NCBI GenBank assembly: GCA_051362555.1
Contig: CM120646.1
Location: forward strand, 7,502,001 to 7,566,000
From: Lingula anatina
Lineage: Eukaryota > Animalia > Brachiopoda
Reading direction: 5' to 3'
DNA length: 64,000 bases
In this document: positions 34,357 to 47,731 of the stretch, in pieces
How positions within the stretch are numbered: the first letter of the stretch is position 1
How the letters are laid out: every line of letters begins with the position of its first letter
Translations under genes and position numbers: made by a program
The notes under the pieces: generated by a model
Databases searched by the model: none
Seen by the model: only the letters and a program-made list of their open reading frames with translations
Told to the model about the DNA's origin: nothing

Positions 34357-35979
34357 TTAAATAGCTGATGCAGACTCCTCGATACTATCTTCCTTGGTTT
34401 CCTTATTCTCACTTGGCTCGTTGATGTTGCCACTGTCCTCATTTTCTTTTACTTCGACATTTTCGGTATTTTCTTCCTCTTTTTCTTCAACGACGTCATT
34501 TTCGTGCGTTTTATCCTCATCCTCGTCCTCATCTGACTTTATTTCAGTCATTGGTTCAGATTCATGATCTGAGCGAAGATAGAAGCTTTTTTGCTTTTCT
34601 TTAACGTCTACTTTGTATTCTTTAAAAGCCAGTTGGAGCGTCATGGCCATTTTGCGTGCAGAGATTGGCGAGTTACAAACGTACGCATGACAGTTGGTCA
34701 CTTTATTGGCTACTTTAATGTCCGCAACAGTGATGACCGCAAACACGCGAGGATAGCGTGTATCCTGAACACCGTACGAGATAGTTTCTATTGGGTGACA
34801 CACGGGCTCAAAAGTTTTGGCTCTATTTTTTGGATGTTCCGTGGCTTCAATGCCAGTTGAGCTAATCGTGGTTTGGGTCAACGGCAAGTCCTCTCCCTTT
34901 TTCATTTGATTGACAGCTCTCACCATGACATCCACTGGCTCACGTATGTGATCCATGCCAAAGAGACCCTTGCAGGGTTGTTTGCCGAGGTATTTCGTGA
35001 CAAAGTGCTGCGGCAGCCCCTCGACTCTTATTCCTGCATATAGTTCCCTCGGCAGCGGAGGTGGTTCCTTCGGTTGCTTTTTATGGTGAAACTTCTCAGG
35101 GATTTTACGGAAGAAATTCAAAGTATTTCTAAAACTAGTTCTTATCTTAGAATTTCGGTCCTTCGGCCGAGCGCCACCATCTCCTGGCTTATCTTTCTTC
35201 CGTAGGGTCACCTCGGCTTCGGGCTCTGGAGTAATCTCCCCTTCATTGTTGTCATGGCGCTTGAGCGTTGTATCGTCCGTGTCGTCTGCTAATACTGGGG
35301 ATACAGACACTTCCGACGATTCTACGCTTTTAGTGGAAGCATTGCTGAAAGAGTCCAGTTTATGTTGGTCTGACACTCTGTCCTCGACCTCGTGGGCAGA
35401 AGACACCCCACTGTCGTGCATTTCTAAATTGTCCCCCGTCAGTGACGTTGTAGTCCTAGACTCTTCACTTTTGACAGAACTATTAACGCTATGTCTGTCA
35501 AAACCGTCGTCTGCTTCCAAAGGCACCGCAGCCGTCGCTCCCTCTGGCTCCTCCGTCATTTTATCGTCTGCTTCAGTTTGAGTCTCATCGTTAGGACTGT
35601 CGGCCGGGCTACCAGAACGGAGGTCATTTGTATCTCCAGACACAGTTTCTCCGCTGTTCTCTACTATTGTTGAATCACTATGTTCGGAATCGACATGTTT
35701 CTCTTCTTGTTCTTTCTCATGATCCGGCGACGATGACCGTGAGCTATTATCGTCGTTTGTCTCTTCCATTGTACTGTCTGGCCCGGGTGTCGATTCAGTG
35801 GACACCTCGGTGTTCTGTTCGTCGGTAGGTGCAGAAATATTTGGCTTATTTTCTCCCTGAGAATCCATTGTACCTTCAGAAGGAGACATTTCTTCCGCGT
35901 TTGTGTTCGTCTCCCCCATGTCCGGCACCTTCTTCTTGCTTTCGTCGTCTGAGGAAGATGGTGTTGATTTCGAACTCAT
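34357..35979 (-). CDS. Single-exon-CDS PTB/PID-domain adaptor protein (resembles the invertebrate LDLRAP1-like PTB group), 540 aa
   Basis: Uninterrupted ORF with long acidic disordered ends. PTB core: FVTKYLGKQPCKGLFG...PIETISYGVQDTRYPRVFAVI...CHAYVCNSPISARKMAMTLQLAF. Minus-strand AATAAA at 33670-33675. Confidence 0.88.
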   Translation of the reverse strand: MSSKSTPSSSDDESKKKVPDMGETNTNAEEMSPSEGTMDSQGENKPNISAPTDEQNTEVSTESTPGPDSTMEETNDDNSSRSSSPDHEKEQEEKHVDSEHSDSTIVENSGETVSGDTNDLRSGSPADSPNDETQTEADDKMTEEPEGATAAVPLEADDGFDRHSVNSSVKSEESRTTTSLTGDNLEMHDSGVSSAHEVEDRVSDQHKLDSFSNASTKSVESSEVSVSPVLADDTDDTTLKRHDNNEGEITPEPEAEVTLRKKDKPGDGGARPKDRNSKIRTSFRNTLNFFRKIPEKFHHKKQPKEPPPLPRELYAGIRVEGLPQHFVTKYLGKQPCKGLFGMDHIREPVDVMVRAVNQMKKGEDLPLTQTTISSTGIEATEHPKNRAKTFEPVCHPIETISYGVQDTRYPRVFAVITVADIKVANKVTNCHAYVCNSPISARKMAMTLQLAFKEYKVDVKEKQKSFYLRSDHESEPMTEIKSDEDEDEDKTHENDVVEEKEEENTENVEVKENEDSGNINEPSENKETKEDSIEESASAI

Positions 35980-38278
35980 TTCGTTGATTTCGGAAGCAAG
36001 GAGTGTGCGCTGACTAATATTATTGAGCGTAAAAGATTGACATCAGTACATATCTCATCAGTCACTGCATGTGTCACGCTATTTCCACCAAAACTTCAGG
36101 GGTTAGTGTCTGTGTTCTCCCTCGGCTAGCTGAGCCTACAGAGACGCGTTATTCTGGTCGCCCATTGGTGTTAAGATGTGAAATCGCCAGCAGCAGACTT
36201 AAACAACTGAACCACCGCCACCAACGACGTGGTACAGACCCCGTGTTGTGATCCGCGACTAACTGATATGAACTGCACGCATCACAATTACTAATGAATA
36301 TCGCGTGCCAAAAGTTTTGTTTCACGGACAGACGCGAAAGATTTAATGGTCATATCATTGGTCACCGGCATTGCATTTTTGTAGTCCTTTAGAATAATTC
36401 TACCGATCTAACGTCAGAATTACAGTAGCTGACTTCGAACTTGAAGAAAGATTACTAAACGCCGTAAAATTTCAAACAGATTTTATGTCGTTTTTTTGCC
36501 TCGGCCTCATAAAAGTGACGTCGTACACGGATACCTGTCTGAAAACCTGTCCTAGGCTAGTGGGTCGTCCTCTGCATGCATCATGAGATGAGACCTTAGA
36601 TAGACGGCGATTAAATGGCTGATACCAACACTTTACGAAAGGCCATGAAAACTAATGACTGTCTAAGATGAATAAATCTCTTCTAAACGTCCCATCCCAG
36701 CTCACCGACCACAGGTAGGGGAGACTTAAGATACGACCTGATGTAGTCTTATGAGAGTCACGACAGTGTATGGTTGAACACATATGTTTTGTTACTTAAG
36801 GGTTATTTCTCATTATATCGAGTTTGATTGTTATCGCGGATCAGCGCTGGCGGTCAGCTACATATACCTGTAGTTAATTTTCATGATTAATAACTGCTCA
36901 ACATGGGCTCATCATATTTAGATAATTTAGTGACCCTTCAAGTATTTAATTTTTTTTTTCAAGTTTATATTTTACATTTGTCATGGTAGAAAGAGAATTA
37001 AGTGTGGGTCTTAGTTTTGACGTACCAGACGCTTCGCCCGGATTGTATCAAATAATTTTAATTAAAATTTAGATAACTTGAATGAAAAGATTATATCAAG
37101 ACAACAGATCTCTAAAGAGCAAACAGAACACATCACATTAAAATGTAGAATCCAATTAAAATTTTCATTTAAATTATTTGAGAGTATTTAATGCCCCTTA
37201 GATGAAAGGAGATGGTGCCGCGTGTTATTATAGACACAAAAACATTGATGACCACAGAGAGGAGTGGGCTATTTAACAGATTTAATTCCAAGTGATGCCC
37301 CTAGTTTCAAACCCATTTTAATTTGGATTTAATGGCCTTTTTTCTATCAAAACACTCTCACGTCTGGATCCCACATTAAGAAGTTACTAAGCCGTTTGCC
37401 AGACCAATCCTCTGACTAACCTAACCTCAGTGTTAACCAAGTATATTAATTATGTGAAAAGAAGAACACCTTATCCGTGAAGGGGGCTGGTATAAGTCAA
37501 GCAAGTGTCCCCATAAACGTGGTAATAAATGAAGATGAACCGTATGGATGCTAAATATTCAGGTATTTGGCCTTGGGGACTGGAACACCTTTTAAACAAC
37601 TTTTAACAACCTTAAATGTAACGCCTAGAGGGCAAGACGCTGTTGCGATGCTGTGAAGTGCAATTAGAATCAAGGCTCTTCTGTCCTTTTTTTATCTATT
37701 CTTTTATTACATGGTCATGATAGCCTGTACATTTATGACCTGTCATTTGTAAACTCTAGAAAACAAAATATTTCTTTATCCGTAATATGAATTACACATT
37801 GTATGCTGAATGCTGCAATCAAGTAAGACTATTATTACAGGATAGCCAAGCCAGGCGAATCTGTAATAACCTCCAAACATAATGGATATTGTGTTTTACA
37901 TTTATATATGATTATATGGAAGAAGATATTAATAAGAGCACGCTATAGCTGTATAGATCTTCGCATGGAGTGGGGGACCAGCGCTGTCAGAATTGGTATT
38001 GTAATGCATCCACGCTTTAACAGGCGATATTGTGTTTGGAGGGTCATTGAAACAATGCATCCTGTAGTGTACACACTGTCATACACGCACATACATATGC
38101 AGACACGTATACACTAAATACATGCACCCTGTGTTCATTATACGATGCGGCCTTCTAATGCCACGTTTTTAATGCACAGTTTTTCTTGATTGTAGGCAAA
38201 TATAGCCAATTCAGATACGCAGTAGTAAAATGGTGATGGATGTAGCAGCGGTAAAAACATGTATTATACACTGTCTAT

Positions 38279-38492
38279 GGGCGTATTCCCAGACATTTAG
38301 ATCGATCTATCCCCGTGGGGAGTCTCACTAGATTACTGTCAGATAATCAGGCTTAAATGTCCGTCCCGCCTACTACAAGCTGTAAGGGGGTAATTACTTT
38401 TCGTGCCCGCTCGGCTGACAGCTATTTAGCGTGAACCCCCAGGGAGTTAGGTCGATCTAGTTTGGATCGATCTAATCTCTGGGAAGGGGGTC
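38279..38492. mobile_element. Diverged Harbinger-like MITE
   Basis: Imperfect TIRs ...TTCCCAGACATTTAGATCGATC / GATCGATCTAATCTCTGGGAA...; TAT flanks both ends; shares the GATCGATC subterminal motif with the 2482/49117 family. Confidence 0.6.
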
Positions 38493-39346
38493 TATGCCTC
38501 GACTTACGAGGTGAATAGTACTTCAAAGGTAGGTTAAATAAAAGGACAAAGTTATCTTCAGTTGGTGGAAATATAAAGCTATATTCACTGGGGTTGATAA
38601 ACGTAGTATCATTTAAAAGCCATGATTTAAAAAAAAAGGGTGCATGCATAAACGACCCGGAAAACTCCAACTGGATTAACTTTTTTAGCTCCTAAAATTG
38701 ATGATCAACATTAACTTGAAAAGCAGGCAATAAACACCCTAGTGTCGGCTTTTTAGTGTTTTCTTGTATGCGGTTCGCGGTAACACAGAATTCATGTATT
38801 CTAATACGTTATATAATACCGTGTGTTTTTTACCAATACAAGGACATTATTGTAAATTCCCCCTCCTCCTCTATCTGCGTATTGTCCGTATGGTACCATG
38901 GGTGAACGCACACACCGAGCTCTCCGTCCTGACAGGTATGGCGATGATGATAAAGTGCCGTGTTGTCGACACACCTGCGTCACCTGAACTTGTGCGCGTG
39001 CCAGAATAGGGATTGCCAGAACACAAGAGTTACTGTTTTAGTTATTGATTTTCGGGTCATTGTTTTTCTCTTCAGGAGTCTGTATACGAACTACTGTCCT
39101 TTCATTGAAGAGTAGTATTATTTTTCTATACCCTTTATTACACATTTCCACGTTCCCTTTGGAGACTATAAAATACACCAATTTTTAAAGTATGAAATAA
39201 AATACAAAGAAGGCAGAACAATTAATAGAGAAAGTTAAATTTAGCAGGAATGACGTTATTTGTCTTCAAAGTGATATGTATGCATCGACCCTTCTCAAAA
39301 GATAAAACTATGACCTCATACCACAGGTGCGTGCTGCCCCCTTACG

Positions 39347-39426
39347 GTGTATTCAATCACATTGTATTCAATGTATTGTATTCACATTGTATTCACATTG
39401 TATTCACATTGTATTCAATGTATTGC
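39347..39426. repeat. 11-bp minisatellite (TTGTATTCACA)n, imperfect
   Basis: About 6 imperfect copies visible. Confidence 0.8.
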
Positions 39427-40445
39427 AAAATATCATAATTCTTTGCAACAAATTCAATTAGAGAAATGAAAAAGTATTCACTCATCATGGCGTATTCTTG
39501 ATTAGATGAGACACATACCAGCACACTATTTGTTGAATTGCGTTTGTTGAGATAGCCGAGCTCTTTGTACATAGGACCAACTCCCAGACTGAATCCGTTT
39601 CTTTAGAATTCCGTTCAGTTGAGCACAGTTTTAAACCAAAAGTTCTAGTCACTCTTCAGACGATCAGTTTAATAAGAAGTGCTTCCCGTATCTAAATTTT
39701 CTATGTAAAATGCACAATGTTATATTGACACATAATTTAGCTAAGCGCATGTATTGTGATTTGCTCATCATACATATCAGATCTAATCCCAAACGTAGTT
39801 AAGGTGATATTTGCGTCCTTTATGACTTGCTTTAGGTAACGAAGTAATTGTAAGTAGATAGTCTGAGATGGCTCGACTCGTCTGAAAATGGAGACACGCC
39901 TTTATCTGAAAGGGATATTCCGGCCAGCTCCCCACCTGTGTGAGAGGCCCTGTCATATCCGTTACAATGTAGACCGAAGTCCTACCAATTTTGTAACAGC
40001 TGGAAGGGCCTCTAACAGAGAGTAGTCTGCTCCCGTGCTGTGCTTGTCAAGATGGTTCTATGGTACTAGTAGTTGTATGCGTGTAGTTTAAAGCAACATA
40101 TAAAAAACTCAACGGAAGTTTTATTTTTTATTTATGTTAAACAAACAAAGGACAATAATGTACATAGGAAGACATGAAGGTGCGTATTCTTTACTTGCAT
40201 CAAAATCTATATTCATATGCAGCTCCTTTTTAGCCTTGTGTATTTTTCAACTAAATTATCTTTAATTTCTTAGGAATGTCACATTCATATCTATGAATAT
40301 ATTCATGTACCGACAGATCTACATGTATAATTATAGGTCTGTTATTTTTGGAAGAAGTAGCAGTAAATGCCATTTAATGATCTATGGTAATAAACTTTGT
40401 TGAAGGTTAGCCATTATTATGGAGATTCAATGCCGCGTACGTTTA

Positions 40446-43400
40446 TCAACCGTCCATAAAATCTCTGTATCTCGAACTCGGATATTCGTGTATTTGCGAA
40501 ATCTTTTCTTGTAAGTTTGGTTTTGTGTAAACCACCACCACAAATATGACGATATAAGTGGCTATGGTGGCAACCAAATAAACCCAAAACATGAAGCGGT
40601 CCAACACTATGGATATGCACTGCCACTCGACAACTATTTCTTTTCGCATCAGTCGACCGAACGCCTTTTTGTACATAAAACGCATCTCAGAAGAAGAGAT
40701 GATATTTTCGACGATGTGTTCTTCTGAAGGCGGCTCCTCAACGGAGCCTGTATTATCGTTGATGTCACTCATAGCGCTCGATGGTTTCAAATACATGGAC
40801 GATCGTTGATTTGGCTGTTGCTGCTGTCTCAATCGACGCTGTTTCCTCATTTGTCTTCTTACGCGTTTCTCTTCCAGTTTCTTTTCATATTCCTCTAGTT
40901 CTGATCGTAAAATCCAAACAGCCTCCCCAGATTCGTCCTCTTCTGAATCTGAATTTGGTGACTGAGCATCTTTCTTGCTATATCGCCTGTCTAATGTCTT
41001 TTGAGCTCCTGATCCTCCGATATGCTGCTCCTCTGATTGGCCGGTGGAGCACGCATGCGCATCAGAATTTGGAATGGTGTGTAGACTGTTGCAACTGGTC
41101 GTCTTAAAACTGTTGCCGGACGAACGCATCGAAGAACGCCTAGATGGGGTTTTAATGCTCATAACTCGCCCAGGATTGTGTGAACGTAGTTTACATAACT
41201 GTATCTGAAAAAAACAAAGTGTTGATCTCTTTAATGAAATATATTCGTTATTGCATTGCTGCATTCGCACGTTACGCATCGGGATGTAATACAATGAAAA
41301 AAATCAAATGCGTCTTGTCTTTCAAGTGGCCAAGAGTCAGTTTGAGTTTCGAGACTGCAGAGGTGAGAATGAATGCAAAAGAGGAGCTCCGACCACTCCA
41401 CCCGTCTTTACAGGCGCATAGTAATCAATCCACTATAGGGGCCTCTGAACTACAGCGCTGTAAAACTTTCTCTTTTTGGTTTTTAATTAATCATATGGCT
41501 TTAACGGTTTATAATCAAATAGTTTTCAAAGGTACACATTTTATTCAAGTCACACGAAAAAAGTATCTTTTTCACAATTTCATACAATTCTGATACGTGC
41601 AAAATGTGCCATCTTTTAGAGAAAAATCTGTATACTTACGAGTCTCATTAAGTTCTTTCTGCGAAAGTCCCGGATATCCCCTTCCATGCGGAGCAATTTC
41701 GCAAGATAAGTAAGTGCGAGAGTTTTTACCCATTTGGGCGCAGTCCGGACTTTGACTCCTCTTTGAAACAAATTAATCATTAATACCCCCAAGATCACCG
41801 ATACTGACGTCATGGTCATCACAGTTGTTAGGTAGACGCCTTGAAAACGACACAAATGCAACGAATGTGAATAAAATTTGAACAGTTCCAAGGCAACACG
41901 ACTTTTATTTTAATTATATTAAAATATATCTTCTTGACTACTGTGTTTGATGATATCTATCACCATTAAAGCTTATACATCATGGTGTCACTCTTCTCTC
42001 CGTGTGTTAACAATAACCAAGTTGCATAGCTGTACATTTAACCAATATTTTTTAAACCAATATTTAACCAATATTTTTAACCATTAAATATCTTCTTTGA
42101 TATCAAAATGCTCAGATAATTAAAAAAATCATTATTTTGTCAAACAAACACAAAGACGTAAACATGAACATTATTAAAGCAACATAACTCATGACTCAGC
42201 TTACTTATCAATGGTACAGAGTGTGACGTTGCCGGCACGTTCTCCGCTATACGCAGCATGAACATGGAGAAAGCCACAAACACCGACAATCCCAGCGCCA
42301 CCTTTTCTCCTGACGCCGCCGGCAACCAAAACGTGAACAACGTCAGTGACGACAACATGACGCACGGGATGACGATATTGAAGATGTAGTAGAAGAACCG
42401 CCGCTGGATGTGCAGGATATAAACCAGATCCGGGTGCACCTCGGGCCGGCCTCCGTTGCCAGAGCTCTGAGAGTGCTTCACCTTTACCGATTTCAGAATA
42501 AACTCGCTGTCGTCCTCGTAGGTGCTGAGGTCCGTGCCGGAGCTGTCCTCCGGGATATCGAACGAGATCACCTTCGCGCTGTAGATCCAGGAGCCAAACT
42601 GGATGACGCAAAGCTGGTCGTCGAAGGGGAAATAGTTCACCTCCACCTGGAAATAGTTTTCGGAACCCTACAGCGAAGATGTTGTAGAAGGTCCTTTTTG
42701 AAAAATGGACTTGGCGGGTGCAACATGGCCCTGAGAGAATAAAGCGTATGCTGGTCTGCGGCAAGCCTAAGCCCATATCAGCTTGAAACGTTTCAAATCT
42801 TCACATGAATAAATGCCATATTGCAAGAGGTGTAGTGAATTTAGAATTCTTAAACTGAAGTTTATCAAGAATTGGATCAAGAAAACTTGAGAAAAAATGA
42901 AAAAAAATAAAACAAAACAAAAAGGATGGAAAACCGACCCTTCAAAAGTTTAACTGATGTTCTATGTAAAGTATTGATTTAATGCATTTTTATTGTATAA
43001 ATTGTCAGAAGCAACTCAAACCTTGTGTTAATGATTAAGGCGGGTGACGGTTTTAAACACCTTGAGTTTACAGCTAGAGCCTATGAAGCTGTAATTTGTT
43101 CCTGTATAAAGGCGTGCTGCCAAACATTCCATGTTGCACCCAGGTTAGTAAATAAAACGTTAGTTTCTACACATCTGATGGCTTAGTAATCATTAATTGT
43201 GAATTGAAGAGTAGGCAATTAATGTAAAAGACAATACCTATTTAAGGAAACTTTGCCACTTTCATAACGAGTAATGATGGAGTATTTTTTCAAAGTCCAA
43301 AATTAAAGTGGTAAATGAAAGTAACCTTATAATTAGTAAAACTATGTTTCTTTTACTGACGATATTTTTCAGGACTAAAACAATTATAGTAAGGTGCCTT

Positions 43401-44173
43401 TGATTATACACAACAAAAGAGAAAAATACGGATATGACTTAATGTTTTTGAATTTCAAGAAATTTATCACGTTTTCAAATCTCATGCAATACATATTAAA
43501 ATCAACAATGCAATAAAAACAAAAGAAAAGGTATGTTACGATTCCTGCATTAAAACATGTCTGCATAAGGTTGAAAGCCGTCCCACCAAACACAGAACGT
43601 ATTATACCGTTACCATAACGTTATTTTGTTATATAAACATTTCTGTAACGTTATAATAACGTTATGCGTTTGTTGGGGTTTCACTGTTCGCACATGTGCA
43701 TTTCCTTTCACAATATAAAACCGAAAACGTATCGCTGAAATTGGATACCAACGCAGTAGAATTTCATGCATAATATTTATTTCTGAATTCATACATCCAT
43801 CGATGCAGGGATCGTCCGTTAGTAAACACAGAAGAAGAGGCAGCAGGAGTATAAAGCTCTGGCATAAACTATAATCTTCATGCATAGGTTCTGGAAATGA
43901 ATTTTGAAGGGCGTCTGACCTTTTTAACGGGGTTAAGATACATGCTTCATCGTGTTCAACAGGAAGAAAATGCTCATTTTAACGTATTCAGATTCAACTT
44001 GACAGTAAACCAACAGGCCGACTGGTCACTTTGCACTGTTATATATATAAAGAACAGGAAAGACGTTTTCTACATCAAGTTCCCCCTTCCCCTTAAACTG
44101 CTCATACTGCACTGCTCAAGAACCGGTACTAGTTCATTAGCTAATCTCTTGAGAACCATTGCGTCAGATTGCA

Positions 44174-44226
<53 letters not shown>

Positions 44227-45655
44227 TGAAACATATTATTGGAACTGCGCATGCGTACAAGAAGTACTTGTATCCTTGTTGAGCATATAAACAGCTGATT
44301 TCTTAAGGAGACTAAGCCCCCCTCCCCTCCCCCCCTCCCCCGTGTACTAAACCATGTCTACTAACGTTTGGCAGTGCTCTATTATCAAGACTATTTTTGA
44401 AAAAAAAAGGTTACGACAGCGTCACGTTACAGGAGTACGCCTACTGTTAATAAAAATTGGTGCAATACTTTGTTGGATTCTTTGTTGTTGTTTACCATAC
44501 AGCTGCTCTTCAACTGCATGGGCACTGGCCAGAACACTCGGCCACTGGAGTCCACCTGGACAAAGGTCCCGTTCATGAAGCCGCTGGTCTGGTCAGCGCT
44601 GGAAGACAAACAGGATGTTGGTGTAAAACATAGATGTTCATTTCAAGGTGTAGATCTGGGGCTTAATATGAGACAGAGCTGGAGGAGAAGATAGTTTAAG
44701 TCAATCGGACCCGGTTTTTAAAGATATGGTCTTAACTGTAGTAAATGAAGTCCACAGTTATCCTCTTAGGTAAAGCAGGTGTTGGCCTGAAAGCTCATTT
44801 AATCACGTCTTTTCAAAAAGATCAATTCAAGAAAATTGCGTTCTTCTGTTCAGAAAAGAGCCATATCTTACTTGTTATATATAAACGTATCCGGTAGCCA
44901 TATTTCTTGTGCCGAAACTCGGATTTTCCTCACGCCGTTATATTCATCCGGGTCCCAGTTGAGGTGCTCGTCAACCCAATACTGGAAGAAAACAATGTGA
45001 AGCTCCGCCCATTTGTATAACGTCATTGGGTCGCTTGTTTGCTTCATCTTACTCTATTAATTTATTGTGACACAATCTAACAATAAATCACAGTTCTTTT
45101 ATAAAAGAGGCATTGCAGGTGCTATTTCGTTGTGACGATTGTGTATAATATTACCACAAAGGTCTAAAGTGTTAACTTTACTTTAAAAAGCTACTTCAAA
45201 CAGAAATAAAATTAAGTTTAAAATGATTTTGTATAAGTAACGTACCTGGTCGATTGAAACTTTTGTTGTTAAAACCTGTTGTCTCTCGTCCTAAACCAGG
45301 TAAATGTGTAATGAAATAAGAAGACACAGAGGTTACGTCCATACATTTTTTTTTTTTTTTTTGTGCGTGTGTGTGTGGTTTTGCAACGAATACACTCTAC
45401 TGAATCACAGTATATCACTATTCCAATGCAGAATTACAAAAGGTACCCAAGCAGCGGAATTTTCATACTCATCTGAATGAGCTGATTGACTATAAGAAAA
45501 AGTAAAATTACACACCAGATCAACAATCTGTATAATCTGCAGTTTGAGAGAGACGTGGACGGTATGGGAAGAGTTGACCACGGGTCGGACAGCCTTCTCA
45601 TAGCCCTGCATCAAGTCCTTGTAGAGCTGCTGCTCAGCAGGAACCCTGCCTGCAA
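40446..45655 (-). CDS. Nicotinic acetylcholine receptor-like Cys-loop channel subunit (non-alpha, alpha9/10-like architecture); signal-peptide exon not located
   Basis: Exons (minus strand): 45655-45516 (140 nt), 45290-45246 (45 nt), 44981-44872 (110 nt), 44598-44496, 42646-42205, 41839-41640, 41204-40446. The 140/45/110-nt sizes are classic for nAChRs. Motifs: YEKAVRPV, IWLPDTFIYN, Cys-loop CMVEVNYFPFDDQLC, FGSWIY, M1 YYIFNIVIPC, M2 GEKVALGL, M4 EWQCISIVLDRFMFWVY. Minus-strand AATAAA near 40120. Confidence 0.93.
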
Positions 45656-46007
45656 CTGAAGGTATATTACTCACTATAATGCCAGTTATGTTAAGCCATA
45701 TAAACTTTTGAAAACTTATGAATTTACTGATTGACTTACAATTGGTAAGTACTAAATTCAAAATATTTTAATTAGATTTATGTAGATCTATAACATCAAG
45801 AAGATGTTTGGTGATATAAGGAAGAATCGTTTCAAGTTTTTATCAATTTTAAAGATAAAGCTTATCACATATTCTGTTTAGGCGTAAGCGGTATTTTATA
45901 TTTCTTTGACTCAGATTCATTTTATTTCATCTTGCTTCATTTGAGTCTTTATATTATTTGTTTTTATTTATCTATAGGTTGGACTTTTTGTTTAAATTTG
46001 TGTATAT

Positions 46008-46281
46008 CACTGGAGGATACAGGATTTGTCGGGGAGGGGGGGCGGCAAAATAGTAAATGCTTCTGCCAAGGGAGCGATATGAACGCTATCACATGGAGGA
46101 CATAGGGATGGAAAATTGCTTGGCTGCGTCTTTTTTTCGCTCGTTCTACTAATTTGTTTTTGTGACGGAAACGTGGAAGAGAGGGGTACCCCAAAACCTA
46201 ACGCGTGGGGTGGGGGGGGGGGGGGGGTGGCACGTGTCCGCTGTACATGTAGGCCCTATGTACCCCCTGGATCCGCCGTTG
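46008..46281. mobile_element. Degenerate CAGGGGCGGATCCAG-family MITE
   Basis: CACTGGAGGATACAGGA.../...CCCCCTGGATCCGCCGTTG with G-runs; no clear TSD. Confidence 0.55.
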
Positions 46282-47731
46282 TATCATTCAAACTGTGTTT
46301 ACCCTGTATGTGATGAGATACAACATAAAGATTCAAAAAGTGTCCATTGCAAGACATTTACAAGTAGAATCATCTGAATCACTATGCAATCTACGAACGA
46401 TAAAGATTCATTCTAGCTCACGCATCCTCCTACATGTCCATATTTCACTGAGGTTCAAGCAGTGCACAGTCAAAGTAGTTTGAAGTAACAGGTCTTCACC
46501 CCAATTAACGTCCCACAAATCCTCGGAAATGCCAGCATACTGCACATACCGCGTTCACCTGGAAATCTTGGGGATGATTACACAGACCACCTTTTCTTCA
46601 ATGACCCAATATTGGTATGGGGTAGGAAGAACGGGAGTCTTTCCTTTCTTTACCGTTCAAACATTATTAGACTACCAAAGACAGCTTTTTTAAAGTCTAA
46701 ATGTTTTCGTGTTTTAAATGTAAGTGTATATTTTGGTGTAAGTGCTCGTGAACAAATATGTGTGTGGAATGGGTACTACGCATAGCATGTTGGTGCGTGC
46801 GACTGCGTGTCTTGAAAAAAGTGCATTTTAAATTTGTGGGACTGCATACTACAAGAATTTAAAACATAAGGAGGCAAATACACGTTATCATCACCATAAT
46901 GCCACATGTCTTCATATAACAGTAGATTAATTTTCTTTTTTAGATTCACCGACCCTGTCACTGTGCCTCTGGCTTACTCCTTTCTATATAGTCTAAATTC
47001 TCATACCTTTGAACACTTCGCCCTTTTTTGTCAGCACACCCTTTCGATACACCAGTTACGTAGTTTTTTCATAATTCTAACAGATGTTCATCAGATTTTC
47101 AAAATATGTTCTTTTTTGTTACTTGAACCAGTTGAGCTACTATTGTCGCTTATACTGTGTTGCTCGCCCAAAACTGCGTTTTTTTGTGGCTCATGGCCAT
47201 TTTAGTATTTTGCTAAGGGCCACTAGCGTATGATAAATGCTTCTCTATTTGCAAGAGTGAAACAGCAGCTATTACTTGAAGCACTGATGATTTTATTTGA
47301 ACTTCATATACTTCATTAAATATGAAAAGATCGATGGATGAACCTCACGGAAGTATAAGCACGCGTTCGTGAAACCATGTGGAAATGACGCATCGCTGGG
47401 CTCTTAACTGGAATAGACTGAGCCAGTCTTCTCCTAATTGTGCGGAAGAAGCTTTTTTTCATCAAAAGGAAATGTAAGTAATAACTGCACCTGCTAACCT
47501 TAATAAAATAACTTCGTATTTACACTCGCCTACTGTGGCGCTATCTTGGAATATGCACTTCTCGTATAAAGCTTATTAGACGTTTGGGATAATTACGAAA
47601 GGCGCAATGGGAAACCACTCGTTTGGAAGAGATGGAACAAATCATGCAATCTACCCAATGAACATAATCTTTTCTACACGTGTGGTCGCAGTCACCCTGT
47701 TTTTTCAAATGCTAGCGTTGTCAGTCTTCTA

